Virus record (IMG/VR): IMGVR_UViG_3300040786_000066
DNA from: a virus
Length of the DNA: 64,000 nt
Direction: 5' to 3' (one strand)
Shown one piece after another: positions 38,776 to 52,032 of the stretch. Both the position numbers and the translations under genes were made by a program. The notes beneath the pieces were generated by a model. It made no database searches. It had not been told where the DNA came from and saw only the letters and a program-made list of their open reading frames with translations. Each line of letters starts with the position of its first letter. Positions within the stretch are counted from its first letter, which is position 1.

Positions 38776-38853
38776 AATCTTTAAGTTTTGCGAATAGCCT
38801 TGTACCAGTATAGACTACTCTAGTTTATAAAACCTTGGAGCTGGTGTCCCCAA

Positions 38854-39599
38854 TTATCTTCCGCCCTTTAAGCCTGTTGATACGTCACTAATACTTTGGT
38901 TTACCGCCATATTAGATTGTAATCTAGGATTAGAGCCTCTTTCTAATATTAATTTCAAGGCAACCTTTATAATCTCTTCTCCTACTTCCTTAGAGAATTC
39001 CAGTACCTGGCTCGTGTCAGCATCGCTTTCTATCTCGTCCTCCTGTAAATCAACTAATATGGGTTGAGAAAGGTATTCTATGGTTATAGTACTAATTTTT
39101 ACTCGCTTAGGATCGATATCACCGATATTAATTTTTATCTTATTATCTATGATCTCAAAATAAGGTCTATAAAACTTAGCCTCCAAATATTTATTGCCTA
39201 GTAATCCTGCTTTTATTTCAGACGACATTCTAGTGACTTTATAGGAAGTAGTTGTTCCTGGACGTTGGTCGCATTTGGTTATAGGCCTGCTAATAGCTAC
39301 GTCTATAATGCAACTCAAAAGGTGTCTGTATTCGTCTATCTTCACTGCTGTGCCCGGTATACTTTTGTATATACTGCTGATGGGAGTCTCTAAAGAGGAT
39401 GCCTGGAAGGACTTCTTCCAGGACCTCATATCATCTGCCAGCTGCTGGTTTGTTTCAAACACCTCATACCTAGTTTTCATATACTCACTGATCGCTTTAT
39501 TAAAATAATAAAGGTAATCCTCAAGATACAAAGTAGGTGCCTCCTCTTTACAAGTTCGGTCAAGATGTCGATGTAAGCCTGTCTAGCTGTTAATTGCAT
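38854..39599 (-). CDS. head-tail adaptor/ring protein
   Basis: LYLEDYLYYFNKAI...EYLSQP...EEIIKVALKLILE, typical of crAss-like ring proteins. Confidence 0.6.
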
Positions 39600-39600
39600 G

Positions 39601-40593
39601 GTTTATTGTTTGTTTCTTAAGTTTGCTTCTCTTGTCGCAAGACCTTTTGATAAGGTGTCATTGCTTGCATACTCTCCAACGTAGGAGTAAGAATACCTAG
39701 CTTAGAATCAGAAGTGTTTTCTGTATCAGTAGTATCTACATCCAGAGTTGTGCTCTTGATAGTATCCTCTCCGCTGTACGTGTCACTGTCTTCGTCTTCA
39801 TTACTACGCGCTTCATTTTCCAATGGATTTTGAACTAATTTTTTAGCTCCGTAAGTCACCGCCTCAATAGCTTTTGTAGTGATGTGGTTCTTAGGATTTG
39901 CAAAGAATGCTATTACAGCTCTATCCTCAACTCCTAACAGTATCTCAAAAGTAAACACACCGTTGCGGTTAGTGATCACGTTTTTCTTCATTGCATGCAT
40001 AAACATAAGCTCAAGAGAGAAAGTCTTACTTTCGTATACCGCTCTTACTTTAGCAGGCTCAGTGTTTACCATTAGAAGTAAAATTCTTTTACATCCGAGA
40101 TAACTGCATCTGACATATCCACACCTAAAATGCTTACTCTGTTGTATAAATTCTCTGAGTATCTTGAAGAATGTAATTCATCAATTCCACTCTCTGTTCT
40201 GTTTCGCTAACCTTCTTAGCAGATTCAAACCCTGGTCTGAAAATGTAGAAATAAGCTCCTGGAGTCCCTTGCCCTGATTGAAAATCTTCTGCGATCTCAA
40301 CACAGTGCTGCATCCACTCCCAGTCCTTAGCCCATGTAGTATTATTAAGGTCTATTTCTATTCCGTCATAAAGCTTTAGTCGGCTTTCAACTGAAGGCAC
40401 ATACCCCATTTCAAGTTTCTTAATCTCTGGATGTTCATATTGAGTCCCAAGTACCTTCCATTAATATCCTTAGTAGGAGAGATGGTACACTTGTCATCTT
40501 TAAAGAAAGATTTCAAAATTAATACTCTGTCTGAAGGCGTACCGTTTGCTAACTGAGCAGCTGAGTACCCATTAGTGTTTTATTAAATTCCAT
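39601..40593 (-). CDS. conserved crAss-like protein downstream of the MCP, frameshifted
   Basis: Fragments 40134-40409 and 39617-40072. Confidence 0.5.
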
Positions 40594-40630
40594 AATGTTT
40601 TATTGTTATTGTTCCTATTTTCATCTAATT

Positions 40631-40658
40631 AAAAAAGGGAGGGTTTTAAACCTCCCTA
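40631..40658 (-). terminator. intrinsic terminator after the MCP
   Basis: tagggaggttt-aa-aaccctccctttttt on the - strand. Confidence 0.7.
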
Positions 40659-40671
40659 TTTCTATTCTACC

Positions 40672-42090
40672 TTATGATGGTGTCACTGAAGAGTAAGCCT
40701 CTTTAACGATTGCAGCATTGTAAGGGTTAAAACTACAGCAGCAGAATATCCTAACAAGTGGTACTCACTTCCATCAACAGATGTAGCCAAGTCCGTATTG
40801 TTTTCTTTTCCGCTGAAACCGCCCATACCTTTCAATTTACCAGAAAGCATTTCACGCCCTTCTAATGTAAACATTGAGATACCAGAGTTTGCAGTTGTTT
40901 GATCAACACCCACGTTGATACAGAAACCGTATCCTGAGTAAGGATATTCATCAGACAAGATTTTGTCGACCATGAATACAACTGTATTCCCTTGGAAAGT
41001 ATAACTGTCATAATGAGCTCCTACCTTAATTTTGCTACCACCGTTATTGGTCCAGTAGTATTCACCATTTGCGTTTGCATTGAAACGTAAATCATCTTTC
41101 AACAATCTACCTAATTGGTCATACAATCTTTCGTTCACTACAAACGCGTATGTATTTCCGATAGAGTTTGCAGATTTCTCTCTCATAGACCATGATATCT
41201 TCTAACCAACGAGTAGTTAAAACAGAGTAAGCGAATTTCTCACAGTATCTTTCGATCTGCTTGATAACACCATCTCCAATTGGAATATCCTGACCTTTTC
41301 GTCTTGCATAGTACATTTACCATTAGCATCGAAGTTAGTTTCTCCGAAAAGTAAATGATTCTCACGTGCCCATAAGTACGATTCCAAAACATCTTTTCAA
41401 GTTTTTGTAATCTGAAGTACTCATATTCTAACTTACCGTTCATTGCGTTTTTAGCGCCTCTCTCGATGTAGAATTCTTGTGAAGCTGAATACTCAGCAGA
41501 CTGAACATCACTTGATCTGTGTTTAGACAAGTAGTTACGGTGCGTCTCTGTATTGAATTGATACTTAACATATCCTCTTACAGAAAGCTCTGGATGGTAG
41601 TTAGAGCGGAAACGTGTAGTACGTCCTTTCTTTAACATAGAAGCATCCGGGATTCCACCGTTGTTAGATACCATTTTAACTTTGTGCTCAAAGTTTTGGC
41701 TCCTTTGTAGATCGGAGGCGCTACAATAAACAATTGAGTTCCATTCTCTAAAGCGAAAGTCTCATTTTGTTGTAGTACTTCTCCTCAAGACTTACAGTAA
41801 ATACACCTGCAGTAGGCGTAGCATCAGCTGTAATCTTAACTTTTTAATGAAGTTCACATCGATTCTCCATTGGATTGCATAAGAGTTGATTGGCGTAAAC
41901 TGCCCTTCAGACTTCTTATTAGTGTACACGTTTCTTAAACCTTCAGTAAGATTACTGATAGTCAAACGTGGATACATACGTACTACTTGCCCCATTACGT
42001 GTGGCTTTTCTCCTAAGAGAGCCCCGAAGTGTTGGCGAGTTCTAGTCGTGTGTATGTTTTGTCGACAAACTTGCGATCTACAATTCTCAT
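40672..42090 (-). CDS. major capsid protein (crAss-like), frameshifted
   Basis: ~470 aa; RFRSNYHPELS.RGY.KYQ...E.HRNYLSKHR, IPIGDGVIKQI and LATSVDGSEYHLLGYS motifs; highly expressed codon style; portal-scaffold-MCP order. Confidence 0.85.
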
Positions 42091-42119
42091 ATTCTAGAAA
42101 TTTATAATTAATATTTGGG

Positions 42120-43265
42120 TTAGTTGTTTATTCTGATTGTGCTCTTTCAAAAGTTCTTCTTCAGTCAATTCTTTTCCGTAGGTCTGATTACCCTGCGCTA
42201 CTCTCTGACCGTTTTTGTTAACTCCTGCAATGTTTACAGGGTTTCCTGGCATACCATTTGTGGCTTGCATGTACCCTTCTTTACGAGCTTTGGATACTTC
42301 GTTTTTCAATAGCTATTTGTCTCTGTCATGTAAGCCTCACCGTAATTTAAAACCAGTTGGCTTTAAACATAGCCTCAGGACTTCCAAATAATTTCTCCAT
42401 CAATATAGGATCTCTGTTATCATTGAGTTCCATTATATCATGCAGCAAATATTCTTTCATCTCAGAGGAGATACTAGCACCGCCAATATCGTTTATGTCC
42501 TCTACAGTCTCAACAATCTCATGCCTTTGTGCTTCCAGCTGCTCGCTGAATACTTTATTGTTTTCTTCTTGCTTGTAGTAGTTGTCTTCCGCTTGTTGCG
42601 TCATGTACAGCTGTCTCATCGCTTCTGTTGTAGTAGCGTAGCTCGATAGATCTTTGCTTTAAATAATTCGTCTGCAATCTCCTCATCAGTAATTTCAGGG
42701 TAAGAATCACGAAGACTCTTTACAAAAATACCGTCGTCAGATACTGCTTCATAATCGGTAGTGCTCAGTTCTCTTTGTGCCGAAACGGCTTGCATTCTGT
42801 AATCAACTAAGCTGTTGATAAACTCCTCAGAAGTCATGTCGCTATCGCGCAGTGTGTTGAGTAAATTTACCTCGTCTTCGTCTAGATTGTATTTCTCTTC
42901 TATTGAAGGGACACTTTCTGATACCAAAGAACTTAATATTTCCGCCTGCTCAGCAGAATCAAGTTCTGAAAACGTGCTGAAGACCCATCTTCATAAGTAA
43001 TTACACCTCCTTGAACACCGTAAGCTGTTAAAAACTGCTCCACTCCTGTAAGGTCAGAACTCTCAAGAGGTGCTACATATCCTGCAGGTTCGTCAAGGTC
43101 AGTAATTTCTGGAGGATCTTGCGCAAAATTATCTGTTCCTCCTACTAACTCTCCGTCTAAAGCGCCGCCTGAAACTGGTTCTTGCCCTTGAGCAACAGAC
43201 CCGTCTTCAAACAATTCATCCTCGTCGATGATCGGACCACCGCTTTGAAATATTTTCTTTTCCAT
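42120..43265 (-). CDS. acidic scaffold-like protein upstream of the MCP, frameshifted
   Basis: Very Asp/Glu-rich and helical; directly upstream of the MCP. Confidence 0.55.
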
Positions 43266-43332
43266 ATTATTCTTATTTATTATTTTATTCTTAATTCTAT
43301 AATACACTTAATTTATTTAAACGTAAAGCGGA

Positions 43333-43681
43333 CTACACATTTCTCTTATCCTGAGATCCTTTTCTCATAGTAAAGACTAAGTTATTCTCCACCAGTGATG
43401 CTGTGCAGTAGAAGTGCGCAGATCCTTGAGGACCTAAAAGTACTTCCTGCTCATCAATCGAATCTGAATCCGGCAAGGAATAGATGCTAGAAAACTTTAT
43501 TGCCTTTGCAGTATTGTTGTTATTGACAATAGTGATCTCATGCAAGCTTCTGTCTTCTAAAGTAACTCCTTTCCATTTACGCACTTCTACAGAAGCCACT
43601 GAACTCACGTCCCATACTTGAATTGTGTTTCTGTTATAGAAATCCGGTACAAAATCTGCAGGTACTGTTACTCTTTTTCAT
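43333..43681 (-). CDS. hypothetical protein
   Basis: ORF fragment 43333-43608 plus an upstream start. Confidence 0.5.
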
Positions 43682-43723
43682 AGCCCTCATCGTGGAATTC
43701 ATCTTTGTACGGTCTGTATTTTC

Positions 43724-43990
43724 CTAGTCCCATTGTCTTAGATCTTTAGTTATTAATTTAATGCTGTTATACAAGCGAGCTACCACCAAATTATCTGCTG
43801 GATTATGATTAAACGGTACTTCAGTTATTGCTGTGATAAACGCATACAATTTAGTAGACAGCATCTGTTTCTTGTTGAAAATAGTTACGTCACCACTTAC
43901 ACGGGATCTTTTAGCAATGCTCAACTGAAGGCTCGCAATTTCTTCGTAGCCTTTATTTATTGCAGTATCTATGTTGTTTATTTGTAGCAT
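43724..43990 (-). CDS. hypothetical protein
   Basis: Intact 88-aa ORF within the operon. Confidence 0.6.
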   Translation of the reverse strand: MLQINNIDTAINKGYEEIASLQLSIAKRSRVSGDVTIFNKKQMLSTKLYAFITAITEVPFNHNPADNLVVARLYNSIKLITKDLRQWD

Positions 43991-43994
43991 GTCT

Positions 43995-45008
43995 TAGCAG
44001 TTTGAATTATACTTGCCTGGTGAGCAGATCTCTAGCAGATTCCATAATAATTTGAGCGTTCTCAAAAGCCCGTTCTGAAACATAACCGATGCGGCCATTC
44101 TTTTAAAGTAAGTTTCTGCCAGTTTTGAAAATCTACATAGTCAGTAGGCTCAGCAAAAGCAGCGGACACAGCCTCTGCAGTAATAGCGTCTCTAATTTGA
44201 TCCGTTACCAAAAGCTGCGAATGTATAAATACATTGTTTCCATGGGCCCCGGTTCCTGTAGTCTCGTTAAGTTGAAACAACAGTTGTGTGTAATCTTCAT
44301 TCTTTTGCACAGCCGCCTGAGCAGTTGTGTTATCTCCAGGCCTTAAAATTACCTTGTTGTTTGTAGCAGCATCTATGTACAGTTGACCGTTATCAGAAGC
44401 TTTGAATATAAACTCGTTCAAAGCATAAAAGTATCCTTAACTACTGTAGCTCCCTCAGCTATATTTCGAAAAATAATTGCTGTATATGAATACCACCCAT
44501 CCATAATTACCTTGTCGCCCACCATGTTTGGCATGCCTGTAATTTGAGTAGGATAAGCGCGGGACTCTTTTACGTAGTATGTTTTTCTCCGTTATGCAAC
44601 TCTCCCTGCGCATACCTTAGTACATCAACAGAACCGTTAAACATTTTGATATCAATTACAACTTCATCCAGCATCTCACGACTAGGACGAGAAACCATCC
44701 CAGGATCAAACGAAAGCACTGGGATATTTGACGAATCGAAAGTCCCTTTGATTTCTTTTACCACTGTAGTGAATACTTTATTGGTACCCAAGAGTGCCAT
44801 TATAGGCTAAGAATATTTTGTATGTCGAGTTGTGGATGTTAGGTACTGAGTCCAGCCTAACATTATCTAAAGCCACTGTAAGCATCCTGCTCTTTGACAC
44901 TTCGTCTGTAAGGCTAGCTGAGATGGTAGGATTATCTACGTGGATCTTGAATAGATCTGAAGCGAGGCTTCCGTTAGTATCTGAAATCAATACGCTTGGT
45001 ATGTCCAT
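43995..45008 (-). CDS. one or two hypothetical structural proteins, frameshifted
   Basis: Fragments 44778-45008, 44570-44800, 44062-44421. Confidence 0.45.
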
Positions 45009-45009
45009 T

Positions 45010-47290
45010 ATCGTCTAATTAAAAGTTATTTTTATTTCCTTTGCGTTTCCGGAATCAAACAACAGCTGCTCTTTTCAAGCTCAACAGTTTGTTTCTTAAG
45101 CACCACTTCTTGTTGGCTTATTTTATCTTCCTTCTTGTTCTTTTCTTCAGTAATGGTAAGCTCTCTAGCACGTAATGCTTCGTCAGCTTTAGCCATATTC
45201 TTATCCAATTCAAGGCGCTCCTTACTGGCCATAGAAGCGTTGTTTTCCAATCTAGCTATCTCAGCTTGTAGCTTAGAAATTTCTTCTTGAGCCTGATCAA
45301 GGGCCTGTTGCATTTTCTGTATGCTGGCCATTTCTTCTTTCTTAGCAGCTAAAGCTACCTTAAGAATATTCTCTACTTCATGAACAGACTTCTTGTTCAT
45401 AATACCCACAAGGACATCAGGATCAATAGCTTGAGCTTTTACAAACTCAGCCGCTAAAGCCTGAATTTTAAGCAGCTTCGCATTCTCAATTCCTGAAGAT
45501 ATAACAGTTACTCTGTAGTCTGTCAAAGAAAATTTAGTCGGTGAAACTATAAAGGCACCATAGCAAATCCATTGTTATAGATGCCTTGCTTAGGTTTATT
45601 CCTGTAAGCCCATTTAAAATTGTCAAGGGTTTCTTGTACGCCGCTGTTAAGACACCTGTCAATATCTCTAAACATCTCCAGGGAAAGTACAGATACCTGA
45701 TTAATTCCCACCTTTACATTTTCAACTGCGTCTCTCTGCTCGATTACACCTAGCATTTGTCTGGGCACCCCAGAGACAATGTCTGCTTGAACAGCAAGGG
45801 ATTCTAAAATAGCATTGACTGCATTAATAGCATCTCCTTGAATAGAGGCGTTAAAGTCACCGTAGTGTTGAAACAAGTTTGCGCCATCTTCCGTAGGGTC
45901 TACAAGCTCAAGTCCTTGCTTTCTGAGCGTAACCCATTTCGTCAACCTGGTCATGAAAGTTTTACCTAACGCTTTTGGTATAGCAGCGATGTTTACTCTA
46001 GATCCGGATACGCCAGAGTTGGCTACAGTATTATTTCTGAAAACATCATGATGTCATACAAATCCTGAAGCTCTCATGCTATTTACCATAGAATCGATAA
46101 CTCCGTTAGAGCAACATTGATAAGGGCTTTGTAACTCAGAGTAGTTTTCCATGGAGTATCTCTTCTTCTTGGTGCTTCTTCGCAACGACGTCCTCCCATG
46201 TGAAGTTCAGTACCTACTCTGTAACACTCATATCGATCTTCTCTGTAAACACTTCCGCCTTTTCCGTCTGGAATTCTGGTTGAAGCCAGCCACTCAATAT
46301 GATAAAGTCTACTAGATCTCCCGTCAATCCCCAGTACTGTTAGAGTACCCTGTGCCCAGTTTTGTATCCATTTCATGATTGCCTTCAGTTTGTATCATTA
46401 CATCTGCAGGACCATTCATTAGATCTATATCAGAACTAAGATTAGCGTAAGAATTGAAAAGAATTTCCGCTTGCTCTTTTGTTATTTTGTCCCCAAGTTC
46501 TTTGAGGATATTATGTACAGAAACGCGCTTGTGATTTACCACCACATCCGTGTTCTTAAGGTCTCTGTCATACCTTGGTTTGTTTGTGTATATGTACTCG
46601 GGCGTACAGACTCCTTTTAGGATCCTTGCCTTCCCCATATACCGCTCACGTGTGTAAGCTTCTCCTGTAATAAAGTAATCTTTGGAAATTTCTTTTTAAT
46701 ATTGGACAAGTCAATATCTGAATCAGTTTGAATCAGATTTAAAATGTGCTGCGCCGCTACCTCGTAAGACGATTTGTAGTTTTCCCGTATTTAGCGGTTA
46801 GTTTTTCAGCCAGTCCTTGGTTCCTTCAGAAGGTGCCGCGTTCTCTGCAGGTTTAGGGCCGTCCGGGTTATTAGCAGCGTTATTGCTATTCTGCGTCATA
46901 ACCCGACCCATTTCGGTTTTAATTCCGACAACACTCCTTCGAGCTTTTCTTCTGCAACCGCCTTTATTGTATCAGCATCGGTGTAAGCCACCCTGAAATC
47001 AGGCTCAGATAGTAAGCTGAGTCCGACCAAGGCATCAACCCGAGGCTTAATTATGTTTGTAAAACCTAGATCTATAGGATTTTGCATACCGTAAATATCT
47101 TCCAGGTATTGAAAATCAAGCTCGTCCCTAGTACTTGAATAGTAGTTTCTAGCGGCTGCTATATGGCCCTTGGTTCTCACCAAAGCAGCAATATAAAAGT
47201 CCGCCAAATCGTGAAAGTACGTATCGCTAAGCTTTTCTTTATCGGAAAGGAATACCTCTTTTGTAGAGATAAATAATTATTGATATACAT
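45010..47290 (-). CDS. portal protein, frameshifted
   Basis: FTNIIKPRVDALVGL and SGVPRQMLGVIEQRDAVENV motifs; C-terminal coiled coil; lies between terminase and MCP. Confidence 0.85.
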
Positions 47291-47304
47291 AGTCTACTTT
47301 AGAT

Positions 47305-48047
47305 TAATTATTTCTGTATAATGAATCCCAAGATATCGTTTGAGAACATTATACGGTATTTTTCTGAATCGGTAACTTCGTTAGCATTCATGGCCATTCC
47401 AACATAGGCGTCAAATATTATTACAGAACCTATTTTAATATCCTTATACGTCTTGCCGTATTCGTTAGTTGGTCCAACAGCTACAACTTTAGCCGTTTTG
47501 TTGCTACATCAGTGGTATTCATGGCGTCATCTTCACCTACCTGCATGATAATACCACCATCACTTTTACTGTTTTCTTTTCTATCATCTCCACCAAGATG
47601 TAGTTTATTCCCGGCTGAAATGTCTTCGGGTCAAATGATAATGTCTTTTCATTTCTGCTGCTTTTATAATTTAGAATGTCTCCTTCAGAGATGATTTTTG
47701 CGTGCCCTGTTTTTGTTGTTACGTGATGTCCAGAATACATTGACACTACGGCCACGTCTCCTTTTCCACTAGCTTCACATCTTCTCCAACAGCTATTACT
47801 TCAGTAACATACTGCTGACCTCTGATCACCGTGTAACTCTCTGGCATAAAGATTCCCTTTATACTCTGTGCAGGCCAAGCCTTAAGGGCTACTACAATCC
47901 TATCTCCTACAGGAATGATGTCTTCTAAATTGTTGTTGGCAGTCAGGTTTTAGCATACTCCATGCTTCTGATTTGTCCAAGACCTTCGTGTGTTGCGCGA
48001 ATTTGTTCCTTCACTGCACCTAAGTCCATGCTCTTTTGATTGTCCAT
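47305..48047 (-). CDS. co-chaperonin GroES/Cpn10-like protein with two tandem domains, frameshifted
   Basis: Domain 1: IIPVGDRIVV...EVIAVGEDVK...GDVAVV...IISEGDIL. Domain 2: PGINYILVE...DGGIIM...AKVVAVGP...KIGSVIIF...YRIMFSNDILG. Confidence 0.72.
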
Positions 48048-48089
48048 ATTATTCATATTAATTATTAAATCTGTTTATATAATACTAAT

Positions 48090-50270
48090 TAATTTTCGGT
48101 TTCTACTGCTGCGTCGGATCTATCCAACTAAATGCATTACTTTGTATTTCTTCTACTTCTTCCAAGGCTATTGACTTAAGTTCTGCCTGGCTGCTTACAG
48201 GTATCTCGCCCCATCTTTTCGACCGCTTGCGTCTTTGTATATTCCAAACATGGTCAGTTCCTTCGAAGCAGAACCTGATCCTGAAGCAGGCCTTCCCATT
48301 CCATCCTCATCCGCCAGCTCTGCCAATCCACAGGCTACTACGAAATCGAATTTAGTTCGATTGTCAGAAGAGTAATCTCTCATCTGCTCTAACACAGGAG
48401 GGTACAGTATCTGGTAGTAGTAGTCATCAATATAATCTGCTAGCTTCTGATCCTGATGGGCAATCACAGCTGAAGTAGCCGGTGTTCCAAGTAGTGTGCT
48501 AGCCTTATCTCCGCTTACATTGGATCCAATAGCAATCGATGGTCGTTGCAAAATTCTCCAAAACTGTTTCTTCATTCTGAAAAAGCAATAATATTTATCT
48601 TAGTGTATTCCACGTTAAGCCTGGCATGGTAAAGCATTGAAATCTTTAGCACGTTTTCATAATCCCATCGCACGTCATCTGATCTCTCGTTATAAAAGCA
48701 AACGTATAGGTTGCTGGTTCTGGAAAACATGTTGTTAGAGAATCGTTTCTTTATAGCACAAGCGAGCTTAGAGCCGTCCTTCACTAGCGAATCCTTTTGA
48801 CCCTGGTCAATGCTGTCGACCCCGCCGACATACAGATTGTTGCTTATAGATCCGTCAGGCTCCTTATCAGGCAGCTCAATTATTATAATTTTTCCACCGG
48901 CACATTCTACAAAGTTTACCCTGTAATTGTTCCATCAGGCAACATGGTATACTCTAAGCGCCCTTCCATCCAAGGCTTCTTCACCATGGTCTTTAGCTTG
49001 GTGAGCTGCTCGGCAATTTTATCTTGGTTGAATATGTTGGATCCTTTGATGGTAAACACCTCTTCCAGAGTAATTGGGAATTCCTGTAGTTCCTGCATGT
49101 AAGCGATAGGGTCTGTTTCCAAAGCTTTTCTAGAGTGGATAAGCTGCATCATTGCTAGCTCAATGTTAGGCACACCGCTAGATTCCCAGGTTCCCCGTAC
49201 TTTAAGAAAGCTGGAATAAAGATCCCTGTTTCCTGTCCCCATTCGTTGATCACGAGTAAGTTAAAACCTCTTGGATTAGTAAAACATCCTCGGCATCCTT
49301 GTTGTTTACAGATCCACCGGTACCTGTCATCATCACGAAGGCCTTCTTAATTGCCCCCATCACTTTCCAAGATCCTTTAGATTGTCCTAAACAGTTTTTC
49401 AGTGAGCCTTTTCCGGGTGAGAAGGAAAAGATGCAAACTCTTCAATATGCTGGAAGTGCGGACGACGCCCCTTGTAACGTTGGGATTGTCTGCATAAGTA
49501 ATTCTTCTAATTTCATTTTCAGATCCTCTTACTTGAAGGTCATTATTGGTATCGTAGTATTCAGTACCAGCAACAATCTTCTTGTTAGACTTCACCATCT
49601 GGTGTTGCTTAAGCCCGGTACTCTTTCTCTATGGCCTTAATAGTGTCTACCACTTTGTCCCAAGCTTCCTCGACAATTGGGTCAGAAGTTGCAGAGACTA
49701 TAATTTCCTGCTTGTCAAATATCATGTAGTACCAAGCCAGCACAGAGTCAGTGATAAAGGATTTACCAATACCCCTTCCACCCATAATAGCGGCGTACTC
49801 TTTCAGCTTATACCCTTTCCAAAGCAGATCAAAATATATCTATCAATAGTAGAATACAATGGACGCCCTGTTTCAAAACCTTCCATTGGGTTACCGTTGT
49901 CATCGTACACAGGATTTCAAAATAAACATGATCACCCAAAACAAAACATAGGATTGTAGTATTCTGCCCCTATATAAATACCTTCTTTCATGACCTTCAT
50001 GAGCTTTGTATAATAAAGCTGCATCTCGTAACTTTCCGGATGCACATCAGGCTTGTCTCTCAAAGCAAGTATAGCCTTGGGTATTGGACGGTATACTAAA
50101 TAATCTTTTAAGCGCACCTCTTCCTGGCCCGTACGAATGCCCTCTAGAAACTCCTTGGTCTCAGTGACATCCCAGTGGCCATTCATAATAGTGCCATCCT
50201 CTCCATAAGTAAGAAAAGGAAGTTTTGTTTTGCTATATCTCTCGTAAGAAGTCTTTGCGCTAATTCTCAT
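48090..50270 (-). CDS. terL: terminase large subunit, frameshifted
   Basis: Walker A IMGGRGIGKSF (~49757-49790), MMTGTGG coupling motif, nuclease VGGVDSIDQG, and QEFPITLEEVF. Confidence 0.9.
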
Positions 50271-50845
50271 ACGTGTCTGTTAAACGGCTCCTCTCTAAAA
50301 CTGGTTGAGACATCCCCTTTGTTTCTACCTGCTCCAACCGTTTTGGCAATAGCGCTCTGCAACAATACCTTACTCTTCATAATGGTCTCCAGCTTAGCGA
50401 AGGCATTAAGCATGATAGGTAAGTTAGAGTTGAACTTTGTTTCTCCTGAATTAGTCACAGACTCCTCTATGATAGGAATGTTATCATCTAGCATCGTAGA
50501 TATCTCGTCTATTTTTTTATCGATAGACTTAAGCATACGTATTTCAGGAGTACTGTTGTACATCAGGAAAAGGTCTGTAGCCAATTTGAATTTATCTTCA
50601 GTTGCCTTAGGAACTTTGAGCTCCTTCCAAGTGCTTTTGTTAAACACCGCCCGCAAGATATTCTCTTCCAGTACTCTAGCATCCAGCCCAGTGAAAGGGT
50701 TGTCTGGCTCTGTAGAATGGGTGTAGTAAATCACCTGAAGGAACTTGGGTCCGTCAGCACAATTAAATAAATCCTGCAAGTCCTTGAACAGAACAATGTT
50801 GGGGTCGAGAACTAGCTTTCCACTTGTTATGGTGAATCTAATCAT
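50267..50845 (-). CDS. conserved protein upstream of terL (terminase small subunit candidate)
   Basis: Intact 192-aa helical ORF overlapping the terL start. Confidence 0.5.
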   Translation of the reverse strand: MIRFTITSGKLVLDPNIVLFKDLQDLFNCADGPKFLQVIYYTHSTEPDNPFTGLDARVLEENILRAVFNKSTWKELKVPKATEDKFKLATDLFLMYNSTPEIRMLKSIDKKIDEISTMLDDNIPIIEESVTNSGETKFNSNLPIMLNAFAKLETIMKSKVLLQSAIAKTVGAGRNKGDVSTSFREEPFNRHV

Positions 50846-51107
50846 TGACTGGTTTTTTGATAATGTCCTTTGTGGAAAACCTGCTTTTCTGAAGTTTCAG
50901 ATCAGAGGAAAACCATATACAAGTTACTCCTAGCAAAGCCACTCGATCGCCTGAGGCAACCGGAAGTTTATCTATAGATTGTACAATCATAAAAGGCCTG
51001 TTTGGTATGTCGTGTTTTACCATTACGATGTCTCCTGAGGAGAAGAATATTTTTCAATTCTAGGTCTGAGGGCCTTCTCCTCTACGGCTGTAGTATTTTC
51101 CATATCA
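50838..51107 (-). CDS. small YodC/DUF2158-like protein
   Basis: FSSGDIVMVKH..P.MIV...VTCIWFS pattern. Confidence 0.45.
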
Positions 51108-51109
51108 TA

Positions 51110-51998
51110 TTAAATTAGTCTGTAAGGGTTCTCCAGGTAGACGGGGTCTTTGGATGAATCGTATATTTTATCTTTGTAATGTTTATATTTTGCATGCAGC
51201 ACGCCGTCGGTAGTAACCCAGATCTTCATCGGGATCGTGTGAACAAGCTCGTAGCCTTCTGGAGTAACAACCATAAGTCGTTTTGTTTTCACCTTCCTGC
51301 CAACGGCGCCCATCAAGTACCTGTATATCTCAAGCTGTATGCTGTAATGAGAGTAGTTTGTGTCCATCAATCTAGAGAACGGCCCGCTCATCATTTTATA
51401 CTTCCGAGTAAATCTGTTGTAGTAACTCTTTCTCTCTAGCGGTTCTTTAATGAATTTGTAATCTAGAATGTGGTACTCTGTAGAGTCTTCATTACGCATC
51501 AGTAGATCCACCTGTCCCGCCATTCTAAGCTCTAGAGAGTATACTAGAAGCTCTGTTTTCGCCAACACATATTTTGATGTCAGCTCTTTGTGTAGATCCT
51601 CCACAAAGCGTGTCTTGGCCAAGTCAGGCGCCTGCATTCCCCATTTATTAAACAAGGACTCACCGTAGCCGTGCAGGGTTGTCCCCTCAAAGAAGCCATA
51701 TCCCCAAGCATGTCCCAGGCAAAACAAGCTGCTCCCACGTAATGGAGAGCTTGTGACGTATCACATACTTCTTAGCCTCTGGTATAGTATCAAACTCCTC
51801 ATGAAAATCCTTGATCAATCCTGTCGGAGATCTGAAAGCATACTTGCTATTTTCAAAGGTAAAACTGTATTGTCCTGCGCATCATCCTCATGATAATACT
51901 TATGTCCTTCTTCAAGAAAGAAAACCCGTCCGTTTATGGACAGGTTTTCACTCTATATCTTTGCAGAACATTTTGGGTCTCCAGTCTTCTATTAACAT
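51110..51998 (-). CDS. PD-(D/E)XK (Cas4-like) nuclease, frameshifted
   Basis: GTTLHGYGE, AGQVDLL, ILDYK and HYSIQLEIYRY motifs. Confidence 0.8.
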
Positions 51999-52032
51999 AT
52001 CTTCTTATTTTATTCTTATTTACCAGCTAATC

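Noticed and set aside
40672-50270. Pseudogenisation or programmed frameshifting of terminase, portal and MCP
   Set aside because: Frameshift density is similar across all essential genes and motifs are intact, consistent with unpolished long-read error.
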